64,000 nt of DNA from Macrostomum lignano (lineage: Eukaryota): NCBI GenBank assembly GCA_002269645.1, contig NIVC01002917.1:66213-130212 (forward strand). Direction: 5' to 3'. A model generated the notes under the pieces. That model had not been told where the DNA came from, did no database searches, and was given only the letters and a program-made list of their open reading frames with translations. Positions 25,827 through 39,005 of this stretch are shown here, in pieces (position 1 is the first letter of the stretch; each line of letters begins with the position of its first letter). The position numbers and the translations under genes were made by a program.

Positions 25827-28154
25827 ACCTGGGTCGAAATCAAAATTTACGATCTTGTCTTATTATAAAGCCTTGCGGTCTCACCTGTGCAGCACCTGCC
25901 AGATTTGCCTCCAGGGCCGGCGTCGAACGCTCGACAAGCAAGTTTTCTGGGCGATAGTGCAGTGCAGCCGCTGCTACACTTTATTTATGCCTGATTTATT
26001 TCATTCAAACTGAGAGGAGCTCCCTGTCTTGTCCACGTGCGATCGCGCGGCACGTGCCGGTTTGTGCCAGAGGCGCGCTGAGCGCACGGTCGAGCGGGGT
26101 GGGGCGGCGGAGGGTTCGAATCGGACAAAAACGTCCCCAGTCTTTGGATTGCCTGTCCGAAGTCTCGGCAAATAAAGAAAAGAGTTGGAGAGGAATAGAA
26201 ATCGGCAGTGCAGAGGAAGAAGAAGCTATGGGGGGGGGGGGTTGGCGCTCACTTTGGAAGCTTTTTGGTTTCTCGCATCTCGCATTCGAGCCCCCGGGGG
26301 CTGCGGGATGAGGCACCGGACTCGGGAGGTGGGAGGCTGGGAGGGGGGGCGTATTATTTCTCCAGTGGCCAGGCGGTCGAACCAAAACAGGAGGCCGCAG
26401 GCGGGACGAGAAAGGGGAGGGAGCATGAAGGGGAGAAGGGAGAATATGGGAAAGGAGTAGAGAGAGAGCGCGGGCTGGGAGAGGAGACGAGCCAGAGGGG
26501 GGACTGGGGCTCCCGCCGTGGGGATTAGCAGAGGCGACTGTCGTCAAATACCGCGAAAACGGGGTGACCGTGGGTGCTGGGGGCAGGGGGGTGGTTATAC
26601 ACCCGTGCAGATGCCGATGAAGCCAACTGGGCTGGCAGAATAGCTTGCAAGTAAATTTGCAGTTGTTGAGCACACAATGCCACGGTGCCAGCCATAGTAC
26701 CGCGATGGTTTCTTGGAAAGTGGCGAAGGGAATGGCTGGGGGGGAATTGGCTATGGGGGAGGGCCGCCACCCGCGCCAGCCTTGGACTAACATGAGCCTG
26801 CATGAGGAAGACGCGCGGGGGAAGTGGGGTTGGCGGGCAAGGAGGTCGCTCCCGCCAGATGGAAGAAGAAGCTACGCATGGCGGGGGAATCCCTATAAGT
26901 GGGGATTTGGGAGGCCGCTACTGTGCGGCGGAGAAGTTGCGAGCAGCGGAATGAAACTGAGGCGCCCCGAGAAGAGGAGCATGCATGAATATCGGGTGGA
27001 GACACTCGCTGTGGTGGCAGCCTCCCTAAAGATAATCTTCCCCATCTGAGACCGCAGCTCCAGAAGTGTGAGCAGAGAAGGAAATGCGGAGCAGATGGCT
27101 GGCCTGCTGAAGAACTCATTGGAAATGGGATAATATAGACGGGACGATAAACCGAAAAGCGAAGCTGAGAGTAATTTGGGAGAATTAAATTTTCAACCAA
27201 GCATTCAATAAGGAAAAGAGGATCTGGGAGTGCTGTGCCATTAGGCACTCGTCTACGAGTATATCTGCCAAACTCGAATAAGTTGTCGGTAAATAATGTG
27301 CGACGAAAAATTCAGTTGACAAGAAGAGTTGCAAAATTCCAAACACAGCGGATTGCCTCACAAATTAATTGCACTCTTCGATCGCACTACTGCTGAGTAG
27401 GCTGTTGCAAATATCACATCGTATCGATAAATAAAGTTTGCGAGTGCTACTTATACTAATAGTTTTTGTAAATAAATTTTATGTCCTGACAGTCTATAAT
27501 AATATTCAATAGAATGCTTATTTTAGTCTTCCCATGATCGATAATAATATTCAAGTATTCAATAATTTGTTTTAATCTGGCGACATTAAACAGTAGCATT
27601 TAAATTAAATTAAATCATATTAAATAATCTGGTTCTCAAAATATTGACTTAGGTTCTCCCCCAATACATGTAGTATAAGTAGACGCAAATTCTTTTCAAT
27701 TCTTTTTCAACTGCTTTCAAGTACTTGGAAATCTTAATACTGCAATTAGAACGCAGAATACTAAAGATATGGAAGTGAAACGAAGTAGATCTCGGAAATA
27801 CATATACAGTATTAAGACCGTGATCATTTAATCATGGTAATCATGGTAACTGAGAGATTTACAAGAAGAGTTATTCTAAGAAAAACATGTAAGAAATTCC
27901 ACGCGACGCTACCACTACGAAGTAAGAAACAAATACAAATACTTGGTGGCACTAGTGAGATTGAAGTAAAGGCCTGTGACAACTTTAGTATCGGCAGTTT
28001 GAGTTTATAAAAGACAGAAAAACCCTTTTTAACAACCTTGGTGACAACAGTGCGATTATAAGATGATAGAACCAACGCATCCATCACGAAAGCATAAAGA
28101 TGTCGCCTTCGTTTTATCAGGATAAGATTAGATTGTTCATTTCCTATTTCCTAT

Positions 28155-28415
<261 letters not shown>

Positions 28416-29360
28416 CAGGCGGGCGCACTGATTGGGCTGATCGAGTCAGCTCCAACTGACCCTCCGCATGTCTGGAGCAGGTCCCCCAGCTCACGCAGTG
28501 TCACGGCAGCTCCTTCGCAAACTTCTCTTCAAATCCAGCATTTCCTCAATCAGTGACTCTCTTCTTCACTTCTTCGTCTCAATTCTGAGCAGTTTGAGAT
28601 GGAGATTCGGCCGCTTCAAACTCCACTGCCCCATCCCTCTCCCTTAAGTCCACCGAGGCTGCTCAGGCGCGAACAGCAATCGATATTCGGGTCCAGTTCG
28701 ATAAATTCGAAGCTGGCTGTGTTTATCAGTGCAGCTCTAGCAGTTTCGAATTCGAACTGGTCAAGATTTTTCTGACGATTTTTGTTTCACCTTTGGTGGG
28801 CCGGCTGCTGTTTTCAGGACCCGAGCGCTTTGATTATGCATTGAGAAATCATTTTCCAAGTGTACTCCTCATAAATTATTCCCAATGGGAAGGACTTGTG
28901 AATTGAAATGACGAGGAGACGGGCCTCTCAGAGAAGAGAGAGAGGCTGAAGTAGCCCTCATCAGCTTCTCATCAGGGAACCGCGTAGTCGGAACTCTGCT
29001 GAGCAACAGGTGCATGGATGGGTTATTCTTGCAAGTCCGCTCCATCAGCTTAGGTTGCCTCTTCACTGTATTCGACCAGATTGTCTTACAGACAGGATGC
29101 CTGTCACAAGTGCGCACTTTTAACAGAATCTGACAGCAAGATCGATTCGAGTACGACATCCACATGTAGATCTCTACACCCCTTTCCCATTCTATTTTTA
29201 ACTGATATGCAAATTCTTAATTCCATTTTTTGAGCACTTAAAAGTCAGAAACTGAGGCAAGACTCAAATTCCAAAACAAAGTAAAGTATACTCAAATAGT
29301 GCAATAGTGCGAAATGGTGTCTCAGAGACAAAAATACTCAGAGACAAGAAGTCAACTCAC

Positions 29361-29482
29361 CATGACTGAAGAATAAGTTGAGCTGCTCTGCACAGATCAG
29401 AGAGCTCAGTCCTGATTCAACCTGCTGCTGTGGCCGTCTGTGCAGACATTCCAGGGCTCGATGGGAGCGCAGTGGGGGCCTC
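29361..29482 (-). CDS. Candidate further-upstream exon of the PDZ gene
   Basis: cacag|G...CATG|gtgagt, 122 nt. The only open frame is phase 2 to 1 (RPPLRSHRALECLHRRPQQQVESGLSSLICAEQLNLFFSH), which fits the phase-1 exon at 23920; GC3-biased codons. Confidence 0.5.
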
Positions 29483-29494
29483 CTGTGATGGTTT

Positions 29495-29814
29495 AATATA
29501 ATAATAATAATAATATAATTGATTACACCTGCCCTAATGGCCAGATGTGCAACCGACAGCTCAGCCGCAGCTGTTGCGCGGCGCATCTGAAGGCTGCGTA
29601 CGGCTGTTCAGTCCAAGGACTGGGGGGTCGCCACACACCCTCAATTACCCCAGCTAATGCTGCATGGCACCCATTTTACAGCTGGGTGAACTGAAGCAAT
29701 GCAGGGTTAAGTGACTTGTTCAAGGACACCAATTGTTCCTGGTGGGTCGGGAATCGAACCACTGACCTACCAGTCGTGAGTCAGACGCTCTAACCACTAG
29801 AATACAATCCCTAC
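29495..29814 (-). mobile_element. Full-length tRNA-derived CORE-SINE with (ATT)n tail and 9-bp TSD
   Basis: TSD TGATGGTTT at 29486-29494 and 29815-29823; A-box, B-box GGTTCGATTCC, CORE segment and tail all present. Confidence 0.93.
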
Positions 29815-29879
29815 TGATGGTTTAGTAGAGAGAAATTACACTGTTGGGTTGCTTGCAGAGTTCTTTCTTCTAAATAGCC

Positions 29880-30200
29880 AAAGTACTCCCGTCCCATTGT
29901 CACTTCAAATTCAACCCATTGTCACTCTGAATTCAACACTCCAGACCCGTTGTCACTCCGAACACTTGCGATCCATTGTCACTCCGAACACTTCCACTAC
30001 GAACATTTCCGACCCACTGTCACTCCGAATTCAACAATACCAACCCATTTTCACTCGTAATGGATCACTCCCGACCCATTTTCATTTTCACTCGTAATGC
30101 ATTAATCCCTACCCATTGTCACTCTAAATCTATCACTCCCGACACATTTTCACTCCGAATTCAACACTCCTGGCACACTTGTCACTTAAAATAGAGTCAC
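29880..30200. repeat. Degenerate short repeats (CCCATTGTCACTCCGAATTCAAC-like), probably transposon subterminal repeats
   Basis: Many imperfect TGTCACTCCGAA / TTTCACTC motifs. Confidence 0.55.
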
Positions 30201-31364
30201 CCTTCAGATCAATTGTCACAACGTCACACAAATTCAATCCCTAATTCCTCACTTTCGAAAATGGGAGTAGATGAAGCTTCCGCTCATTCAATTGAAATCC
30301 CAGACAGAGCTATCCATGTTCCTGGATCCTGCATCCTCAACAACAAAATGAATAATGCCCAATGTAAATTCTATTTATTGATGGCGGCTCTGGAGGGGAT
30401 GCTGCATGGACCGGTTCCTGGGGCTGAGGAGGCTGGCTGATGGCGGAGACATTCACAAAGGCCCCGGGGCTGCACACAAGAGGCAAAATGGATGAATAAA
30501 AGAAAACGGCTTGTGACAAAAACTCTTTTTTAAGCCGTAGTCGAGGCGATCTCGACTAGACTCTGGATTGGAAACATGAAGTGGTTCAGGGACTACTGAA
30601 AACGCACCCCTGGATTCGTAACGTGACTGGATTGAAAAACCCAATGGAATTTTAAGAGTCTAACCGCAGCCATCCCTGCTTAACTTGAAAAAGCTTCTAG
30701 GGAATCCTTCTAGTCCAAGTCCTTCGCTTGTTTAGAAGTCCATGCTTGGGGGTTTGGCTAATGGATACCTTATTTACATGTATTACCTATGATCGACGAA
30801 AATTTTCTACAATACTATCATTAAAATTTAGTGCTTCCAATCCAAGTTTTTGATCTCAGATATCCTTGTTCTACGCCTCAGCCGATGGATGCTCAATTAT
30901 ACTTAAACTGGCACACCCTAATAACGTTAGAGAAATATGTCTAGGTCACTTGGAACTTTTGTGCTCACGGCATGGCCGGGGGGAAGGAGGCGACAGCGGA
31001 ACCCGGAAGTGGCGGCATCCACTTTTTTTCTCCGCGCAGTCCCCGTTCTCCAAGTACCATAAGCGGCAGCACGGATCCCATAGCCAGATTAGAGAGACCC
31101 AGGAAAGCATCAGAAAATGGGAAACTGTTTTGGTATGGAATAAAAAGTGCAAAGCTGTATTAAATGTGTGTCTAGCATACATGGACAACAGGAATAGAAG
31201 GCCACTACATTTGATTTTCTAAGAAAAGAGAATTATGAACGTTTGTCTATGGCAAAACCCCATTCAGCGCGATGCGTTCTACATGTAGCTACAGCATATT
31301 AAATGCTCCAGCGATACGATTAATATAGTTTCCTTATCTGTATCTCTCATTTGATTTGCTCTCA

Positions 31365-32070
31365 GATCAGCAATTAAACAAATTTGAAGCGTACAGTTCG
31401 TTTTAAACATTAATTTACTCTTTTGGAGTAGAAATTAAATAAATTTGAATTTACAGTTTGTTTTAAGCTTTAATTTAATCTTTTTTAGTAGCAATTAAAC
31501 AAATTTGAAGCGTACAGTTCGTTTTAAACTTTAATTTACTCTTTTGGAGTAGCAATTAAATAAATTTGAATTTACAGTTTGTTTTAAGCTTTAATTTAAT
31601 CTTTTTTAGTAACAACTAAACAAATTTGAAGCGTACAGTTCGTTTTAAACTTTAATTTACTCTTTTGGAGTAGCAATTAATTAAATTTGAAGCATACAGT
31701 TTGTTTTAAGCTTTAATTTAATCTTTTTAGTAGCAATTAAACAAATTTGAAGCGTACAATTCGTTTTAAACTTTAATTTACTCTTTTGGAGTAGCAATTA
31801 AATAAATTTGAAGCATACAGTTTGTTTTAAGCTTTAATTTAATCTTTTTAGTAGCAATTAAACAAATTTGTAGCGTACAGTTCGTTTTAAACTTTAATTA
31901 ACTCTTTTGGAGTAGCAATTAAATAAATTTGAAGCATTTAGTTTGTTTTAAGCTTTAATTTAATCTTTTTTAGTAGCAATCAAACAAATTTGAAGCGTAC
32001 AGTTTGTTTTAAACTTTACTCTTTTGGTGTAGCATTAAAACAAATTTTGAAGCGGACAGTTTGTTTTAAT
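31365..32070. repeat. AT-rich 60-61 bp satellite with strict A/B alternation (about 121-bp dimer)
   Basis: A units have GCGTACAGTTCG...TTTTGGAGT; B units have CAGTTTG...AAGCTTT...TTTTTAGT. Confidence 0.93.
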
Positions 32071-32968
32071 GCATACGCGACCAATTTTTACTCGGATCTT
32101 TTGAAAGAACAATTTTTTTAGTCCAGAAAGTTTTCGAATATTCTTCTAGGAATTTTGCTATATAAACTGGCCATCTTAAGTTAGTCCGTCTGGGAAGCAA
32201 CAAATTAATCTCATTTAATATAAATTTGATGCTGTATACTCTACATTATAATTTGTTATCGAACTTATTTTGAGCTGTTAAAATAGGCTTTCCCGATCTC
32301 TGCAGACGGTGAGATTTTGGGATTGAGGATGAGGTTAGGTGCTACCGGTCTAGATTATCCAAAAAAGGGACCGTGGCAACCTACTTAAGCTATATACCGG
32401 CAAAAGTGTTGATGCCCGCGGCTGCACGAGGGAAGAAGGGAACGACTCAAACACGCACAGAGGTTCCACTCAGTTAAACAAGTAGACATTGGCAGCTGAG
32501 CACTAAAAGGGAGTATTGGGCCTTACTATAGTTGCTGACAGTGAAGCAGCTGCTTCCTTTTTGCACTGCGAAGGCTGTGAGATGGTCCGGCCTCTCTAAA
32601 TATACTAAGCTATGCAGCTAACTACTGCAACTGTTGGGACACTTTCCCATGCCAGAATGCAGCGAAGAGAAAGAAGTATAAGCTACTAAAAGTTTTTCCT
32701 TGTGCACCAGAGCGCTCTCTACAGGGCCTCTATTCTTCAGCTGCTGCCTCTGCTTGTAGCCAGTAATGCTGCTGTAAGCCCCCATGCAGGCTTCTTACTT
32801 TCAGAGTTGTTGTTTAATAGCTGGACAATGCCCAGTTGTTCGAGTTGTTCATCCATTCTTATGGGATTATCATTTCCCCATACTAGGTGCCTGTTCATGT
32901 ATCAGTCATGTATGTTCGTGTACATATGTTCATGCGATTTTATTGTCATTCTATCATAATTATGTATA

Positions 32969-33050
32969 GGGGCCGGACCAGCTCAGAGGTAAAACGCACC
33001 TGACTATCGCGCTACGATCCTAATGGTTTGATTCCGTGAGCGGCCACAAT
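32969..33050 (+). mobile_element. Degenerate tRNA-derived head of a second SINE-like family
   Basis: GGGGCCGGACCAGCTCAGAGGTAAAACGC (A-box-like) ... GGTTTGATTCC (B-box-like). Confidence 0.4.
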
Positions 33051-33207
33051 TCAATTGGGCACCGCTGTACACACCCTGCATGTGTGAGCGTGTGCAGGAG
33101 TGCGGGCCTGCGTACAGTATTGATGCGCTTGTATGATGCTCAGGAGTCTGCGGAATGGACAGAACTGCCTCAATTAACAGCAATTAAAAGTCGGAAGGTT
33201 TTATGCT

Positions 33208-33666
33208 TAAAACCGACCACTTTAGCACTTGGGGATCTCTATGGGGAGAAATGGGATAAATGGGTATTTCATGTGATCGGAAACCTTCCTATGTTATTTT
33301 GAGTTTAATATGTTCTCATTGTGTTTTTCAGGATCCTCTAGTATTCAGCCATTTATGAAACATTTTACTAAAACTTGACGTAAGTTACATGAGATTCAGG
33401 GCATGCACCTTTAGAATAATTTGAACAAAATTAAAAGATAACATAATGGGGGCATAGCTTTATCGCTCCTATATTCTTCATACAAACATATAAAAAGAGG
33501 TTATTCCTTGCAACATCTCGTCATTTAGGCATTTGAAGCTCCAAATGAAGAGAAACCCGGACCCATTGATTCAAGCTTCCTTTTGAAGCATAAGTTCACA
33601 CGAAATCCCATTTATCCCATTTCTCCACATAGAGATCCCCAAATGCTAAATTGGTCGGTTTTAGAC
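33208..33666. mobile_element. Inverted repeat pair with about 65-bp arms; probable non-autonomous DNA transposon
   Basis: AAAACCGACCACTTTAGCACTTGGGGATCTCTATGGGGAGAAATGGGATAAATGGG mirrored by CCCATTTATCCCATTTCTCCACATAGAGATCCCCAAATGCTAAATTGGTCGGTTTT. Confidence 0.65.
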
Positions 33667-34355
33667 ACAACGCGAGCAATTTGGCTCCAAATGAAGGGAT
33701 TTAGCGTAGAAAAACCGGGTTCGAGTGTTTCAGGCTCCATTTTGACTCTAAGTCCTCTTTAATTAGTTCCTCTTATAGTTAATGCAATTTCAAATTCGTG
33801 CCAAAAACGACACTGTTAAACAACTGTTAAATACACTGAAAATTTCTTTTAAAAAACAAATAGTAAAGCTAGCAGGATCGTGGCAGATCATAGCTTGATA
33901 TACAAATCCTCCCCAGAGGTTTTCCACACATCCTTGTCTTTTTATAGCCACCACCAGACTGTAGCATGCAGCTCGCCGAGGCGGGACCCTGGAGGAGACA
34001 GAGTTCATTAGCAACTGAGCCCAGTTGATGCTTGGTCATGCTGGACGGCGTCAAGAATTGCGACCACCAGCTCAGTGAGATATATATTCATGATGGGAAC
34101 TAGAGAGAGAGTGAGTGAGAGAGTTTGTTGCGAGACAGTAGCTAAGCCGATACCAGCGGCAGCAGTGGATGAAAGTATAAGCTACATGTGTAACAAGCGC
34201 TGTGTTCTGGGCATTACATGGGTGGATTAGTGTTGGAGGTGATTATTTTATATACACAGAGCAGCCTCCGCCTCGCCAAATATTCGTCTGCATTCTCAGA
34301 CTAGCCACTGTAAAACGTTTCGTCAAATTGGCCTGACTGCATGTGTAGATATTCT

Positions 34356-34600
34356 GGATTGCAGCCTAGTGGTTAGAGCGTCTGACTCACGACTGAAAGG
34401 TCGGGGGTTCGATTCTCGACCCAACCCGGAACTATCTGTGTCCTTGAGCAAGACCTTACCTCTGCATTTGCTTCTGTTCACCCAGCGGTAAAATGGGTGC
34501 CAGCATTAGCTGGGGTTAATGAGGGTGTGTGATGGCGACCCCCCAGTCCTTGGACTGAACAGCCGTACGCAGCCTTCAGATGCGCCGAGCAATAGCTGCG
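34356..34600 (+). mobile_element. tRNA-derived CORE-SINE, 3'-truncated by a minisatellite
   Basis: GCAGCCTAGTGGTTAGAGCG...GGTTCGATTCTCGACCC, CORE segment, 3' domain. Confidence 0.9.
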
Positions 34601-34870
34601 TGAAGGGTCAACTGACTCCCACTGTGAGAGAATGAAGGGTCAAGTGTCTCCCCTGTGAGAGAATGAAGGGTCAAGTGACTCCCCTTGTGAGAGAATGAAA
34701 GATCAAAGCATAACTCCCCTGTGACAGAGTGAAAGGTCAAAGTATAACTCCCCTGTGACAGAGTGAAAGGTCAGCTGACTCCCCCTGTGAGAGTGAAGGG
34801 TCAGCTGACTCCCCTGTGAGAGTGAAGGGTCAGCTGACTCCCCCTGTGAGAGAGTGAAGGGTCAGCTGTG
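34600..34870. repeat. About 31-36 bp minisatellite (GTGAAGGGTCAGCTGACTCCCCTGTGAGAGA-like)
   Basis: About 8 imperfect copies directly after the SINE. Confidence 0.85.
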
Positions 34871-35714
34871 AGAGAGAGCCGATGCTTCACCCCATCCAAT
34901 TACAGATGAAATCCTATATCTCTATAGTCTTTTGCGCCACTGCTAATTATAATAGAAGTTCGGACGGGTCAGAGCTTATCAGTGTTTTTTGGGAAAGAGA
35001 GGTGATTAAGAACTAAAGACTCGGGTTGATACGCACCTGTAGTTATGAATGTCCAGGGGCAGACTGTTGCTAGAATGTATGTATAGTCGAAGTTTGCACT
35101 CTGCTGTTCAAGATACCAGCAAGGATTTCTATAGCTGTCTTCTTCCGCCGTTCTGTCGCCGCGTGGTCTGTCTGTGCTAATCTCGCGTGCAAACCATAAA
35201 AGTCCCATTTTAGTGTATAAAGGCTGATTTGACTGCCACTGGGCTGAGAACAGCTGTGGGAGTCGGGTCTCATTGGATAAGCAGGGATTGGTGAAGCATG
35301 GGCCCTGTGGTTGGCCTTGGCTCACCCACCAGATCGGTAATGCTTGCTGTGCGCTTTATGTATATGCTTTATTATTAATTAACGCGCAAGCATACTGTGT
35401 AAAAAATTATACTTGAGCCTATCACTTGTATCGGCTCAGGTCTGCAATATCTATCATACATGTATCGTGACAGAGGTCCAATAGGGAAATGTATCGCAAA
35501 ATAAGGCATGATTTATGGACTTCTTAAGGCATGCTGTTGCATATAATTAATTGCCGTGTAAATTTCAAATAATTTTACTAGAAAAAATGCGCAATTATAT
35601 TCCCTCCTATGTCATACATGTACACCCACTCGTATACTCATTTTTAGCACCGAAATCACTCATTTCAGCTAGCGCCTCAGTAATGCAATATAGCGCCTCA
35701 GTCACTCATTTTAT

Positions 35715-36165
35715 AGTTTAGCACCCCAGTCACTCATTTTAGTTTAGCACCCCAGTCACTCATTTTAGTTTAGAACCCCAGTCACTCAGATCACTTAGTT
35801 TAGCACCCCAGTCACTCATTTTAGTTTAGCACCCCAGTCACTCATTTTAGTTTAGCACCCCAGTCACTCATTTTAGTTTAGCACCCCAGTCACTCAGATC
35901 AGTTTAGCACTTCAGTCACTCATTTTAGTTTAGCACCCCAGTCACTCATTTTAGTTTAGAACCCCAGTCACTCAGATCAGTTTAGCACTTCAGTCACTCA
36001 GATCAGTTTAGCACTTCAGTCACTCATTTTAGTTTAGCACCCCAGTCACTCATTTTAGTTTAGCACCCCAGTCACTCAGATCAGTTTAGCACTTCAGTCA
36101 CTCAGATCAGTTTAGCACTTCAGTCACTAATTCAGATCAGTTTAGCACTTCAGTCACTCAGTTTA
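35715..36165. repeat. 26-bp minisatellite (AGTTTAGCACCCCAGTCACTCATTTT)n with CAGATC/ACTTC variants
   Basis: Directly visible. Confidence 0.92.
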
Positions 36166-37884
36166 GCGTTGCAGGACACTCAGAGCGAAATTCTGAATTT
36201 CCACCCAGCTTAGCTGTATATATATGCAAGCTTATAAGTTGTTTTTGGTTAATAAAGCTTTTGAAAAATAGAGTTTTCAATAAACACAATTCGCTGAAAG
36301 CACCATGCACAGTCAGCCATGCATGACTCAATTGTCCTGAAAATAAGAGATTTAATTCGGGAGGGAAGATTTATTGTTAGTACTGCAGATTTTCCTAATC
36401 CGCTGAGCACACTGCGTGGCGTCAGGCAAGCGCGGCAGGGCAACATGTGACCAGCGGCTTTACCTTTTAGCTGGAGATAGATCAAGGGTAGCCGGAAGTC
36501 CAGTGTGGGCTGGTGGAAGTTGAAAGGTGGGTGAGGAGAGTACACTACTGTATTCATTTAATTTCACAGAATTCAGTAGTTTTTTCTTCAGCAGTGTTCA
36601 AAAACCTCACAAAAATGAAAGCATTTCAGCGAATTCAAGAGACTATATAGAGTCAAGTCTTACTGAGCAGTTAGCGCTGCTCAAAAAGATGATTTACAAT
36701 TTGAGCCTCGCAGCAAGAATCAGCAGCTAGGAAGTCAATCAGGCCTGTTTTATAAACCCAGTTCCTTATGATGAATTAACGGTGGAAGGAAGGGCTTGAA
36801 CGGTCCTTTGAGAAATGAGAATTTTCCATTTTCACTCCGGTAAAAAATAGGCGGCGGATAATATAAAACATTTAAAGTTTAATTTTCTCATATTTTTACT
36901 GTTAGTAGCCATACGCATAACTAGTATGTAAAAAATTAGTAAAATCCTTGTTATCACACGTGTATCAATAAATGGGTACACGTCTGACGTTGACAAATGG
37001 GCCGCTGTACACATCGTTCAAATCCTTTAGCTGTCGGAAAGTCAGAGGATTTTTGGTTTTATGGATCAGGTGTAAAAAAGCAATTGGTAGCTGCACATGG
37101 TCTGTGAAGGAATGGCCAGAAACGACTATTGCTTGCTACATAGTACGTACACGTTATTAGACTACAAACAATTTAATTTTTATTATTTTGTATTGCATAG
37201 CTTCAGGATAGGCTAATACATAGCCTATTAGTATTATCAATATTATTGTACTTCAGGTAGAGGCTTAGCGTTGTTTTAAGAATAACAATGTAACAATGTA
37301 TCAAATTAACCAGAGTTTATATTCTAACACACGAGAAATACTTCAACTGCAATTTGACATGCATTTTACAAACCGAAATCCTGGGCTGGATTAAATTAAC
37401 TAATCAATTTCATTGAGATTGAACCCTAAACGGCTAAAGAGGGGACTTATCTCTGATGTAAATGCAAAATGCATACTGGCATAGCAGGCAGACTTACACT
37501 CTACAAATACAATGCAGTAATGTAAAATACTACAAATGGCAATGGCAATATTCCCAATAATAGTCAAGATAAATAGTAGACAGAAACCGTTTCGCTATTT
37601 ATTAGTAACCGTAGCAACTGTCAAAATAAACTTCATAATCTAATCATTAAATGCAAAATAGTATCAAGACATTGAGTAGACACTAAATAAATCATGCTTG
37701 CTACGACCTACGTAGAAGAGCATAGGCCTAGCTAATGATCAATGCGGGTACTAACTAGCTGTTGTTTTTTCTACCACATTAATTAATCGTACACAAAAAA
37801 TAAAATCGATTAATAAGAAAAATTAATTAATATTAATAATGGAGCGAGCGAGAGCAGATCGAATTGGCATCAAATAAATTTGGT

Positions 37885-37900
37885 GGCCCTGAAAAGGGCC
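37885..37900 (-). other. Histone mRNA 3' stem-loop (SLBP site)
   Basis: Minus strand AAAAC-GGCCCTTTTCAGGGCC-ACCA matches the metazoan consensus; about 70 nt after the H2A stop. Confidence 0.97.
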
Positions 37901-37971
37901 GTTTTAGCGTTCAGTAACTTCGTTAAAAGTTAAAACATGGACAAGGCTTCGCCGCTTGACGATTGAGCAGC

Positions 37972-38394
37972 TTAAAACTCCTGGCTGGGGCCAGCCTTCT
38001 TGCCGCTGCTGGCCTTGCTGCTACCAGAGGCACCGCTCTTCTTTGGCAGCAGGACAGCCTGGATGTTAGGCAGCACACCACCCTGGGCAATGGTGACACC
38101 GCTGAGCAATTTGTTCAGCTCTTCGTCGTTGCGGATGGCAAGCTGTAAATGCCGCGGGATGATGCGAGTCTTCTTGTTATCGCGAGCAGCGTTGCCGGCA
38201 AGCTCGAGCACTTCGGCGGCCAGGTATTCCAGCACAGCCGCTAGGTAGACTGGAGCGCCAGCGCCAACGCGCTCAGCATAGTTGCCTTTGCGCAGTAAGC
38301 GATGGATTCGGCCGACTGGAAACTGCAGTCCAGCGCGAGACGAGCGAGTCTTAGCCTTGGCCTTAGCCTTACCACCTTTGCCGCGTCCAGACAT
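37972..38394 (-). CDS. H2AX: Histone H2A.X, intronless, 140 aa
   Basis: Canonical H2A core ([41 protein letters not shown]...) plus an extended tail ending in SQEF, the SQ(E/D)-hydrophobic ATM/ATR motif. Confidence 0.97.
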   Translation of the reverse strand: MSGRGKGGKAKAKAKTRSSRAGLQFPVGRIHRLLRKGNYAERVGAGAPVYLAAVLEYLAAEVLELAGNAARDNKKTRIIPRHLQLAIRNDEELNKLLSGVTIAQGGVLPNIQAVLLPKKSGASGSSKASSGKKAGPSQEF

Positions 38395-38475
38395 GTTAGA
38401 TAATTAACTGGATGTATAGCAGTATACCACGTATGAAAGTTGTTACTAATGTCGGACACGTGCAAAAGGCTGGAA

Positions 38476-38498
38476 TATATTGGGCGGTCCCAGCCAAT
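38476..38498. promoter_or_regulatory. H2A.X promoter: two oppositely oriented CCAAT boxes around a GC box
   Basis: ATTGG at 38479-38483, GGGCGG at 38482-38487, CCAAT at 38494-38498, 85-105 bp upstream of the ATG. Confidence 0.65.
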
Positions 38499-38877
38499 GA
38501 GAGAGCGCCTAGCCTACCTCAGATTTATCGATTTGCAGGTTTTTTCTATTTCGCGAGGCAACTGCCTGGGGCCCTAACCGCGTACATTCAAAACCTCAAG
38601 CATTCATTTCACTTTGCTCCTTTACATTGTCAAATTAAGATATCTCACATCTATCAATACTGCCTTTGCTGGGACTCTGGGAGTGTTTTTTTGCTTATTG
38701 ATACTGGTTGGGGCATAAATTACGATTTTTTATTTGTCCGAAAAAACTAATAGGTACTTTTCAAATTTGTGGCTTCTAAAAATTCGCTTTCGTCTCGTGA
38801 TAAACTGCACGATTCGGTCGATTCCATACTTTATGAGTCAAGTCTTAGTGCCAGTAGTTAATTTGACTTTTTTCAGT

Positions 38878-38902
38878 AAAACGGCCCTTTTACGGGCTAC
38901 CC
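38878..38902 (+). other. Degenerate orphan histone-type stem-loop 1
   Basis: AAAAC-GGCCCTTTTACGGGCT-ACCC; no histone ORF upstream on this strand. Confidence 0.65.
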
Positions 38903-39005
38903 GAAACATTGCATGCAATTTTAATTTTACTGGGATTGTGCTTTTTTTGCCACAAATTACTATTATTTAATAGTTTCGAAATTAAACTTCGAATATGTCT
39001 TTATC

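Noticed and set aside
29740-29814. Functional tRNA-Val genes at the SINE heads
   Set aside because: The acceptor stem does not close, and all heads run into the CORE and tail sequence.
35070-35273. L27-like exon (LHARLAQTD...AIEILAGILNSRV)
   Set aside because: No convincing splice sites, no GC3 bias, and the better match needs two frameshifts; likely chance.
38500-38880. Remnant H2B coding sequence
   Set aside because: Only weak chance resemblance (SHIYQYCL, DTG); no alignable H2B core in any frame.
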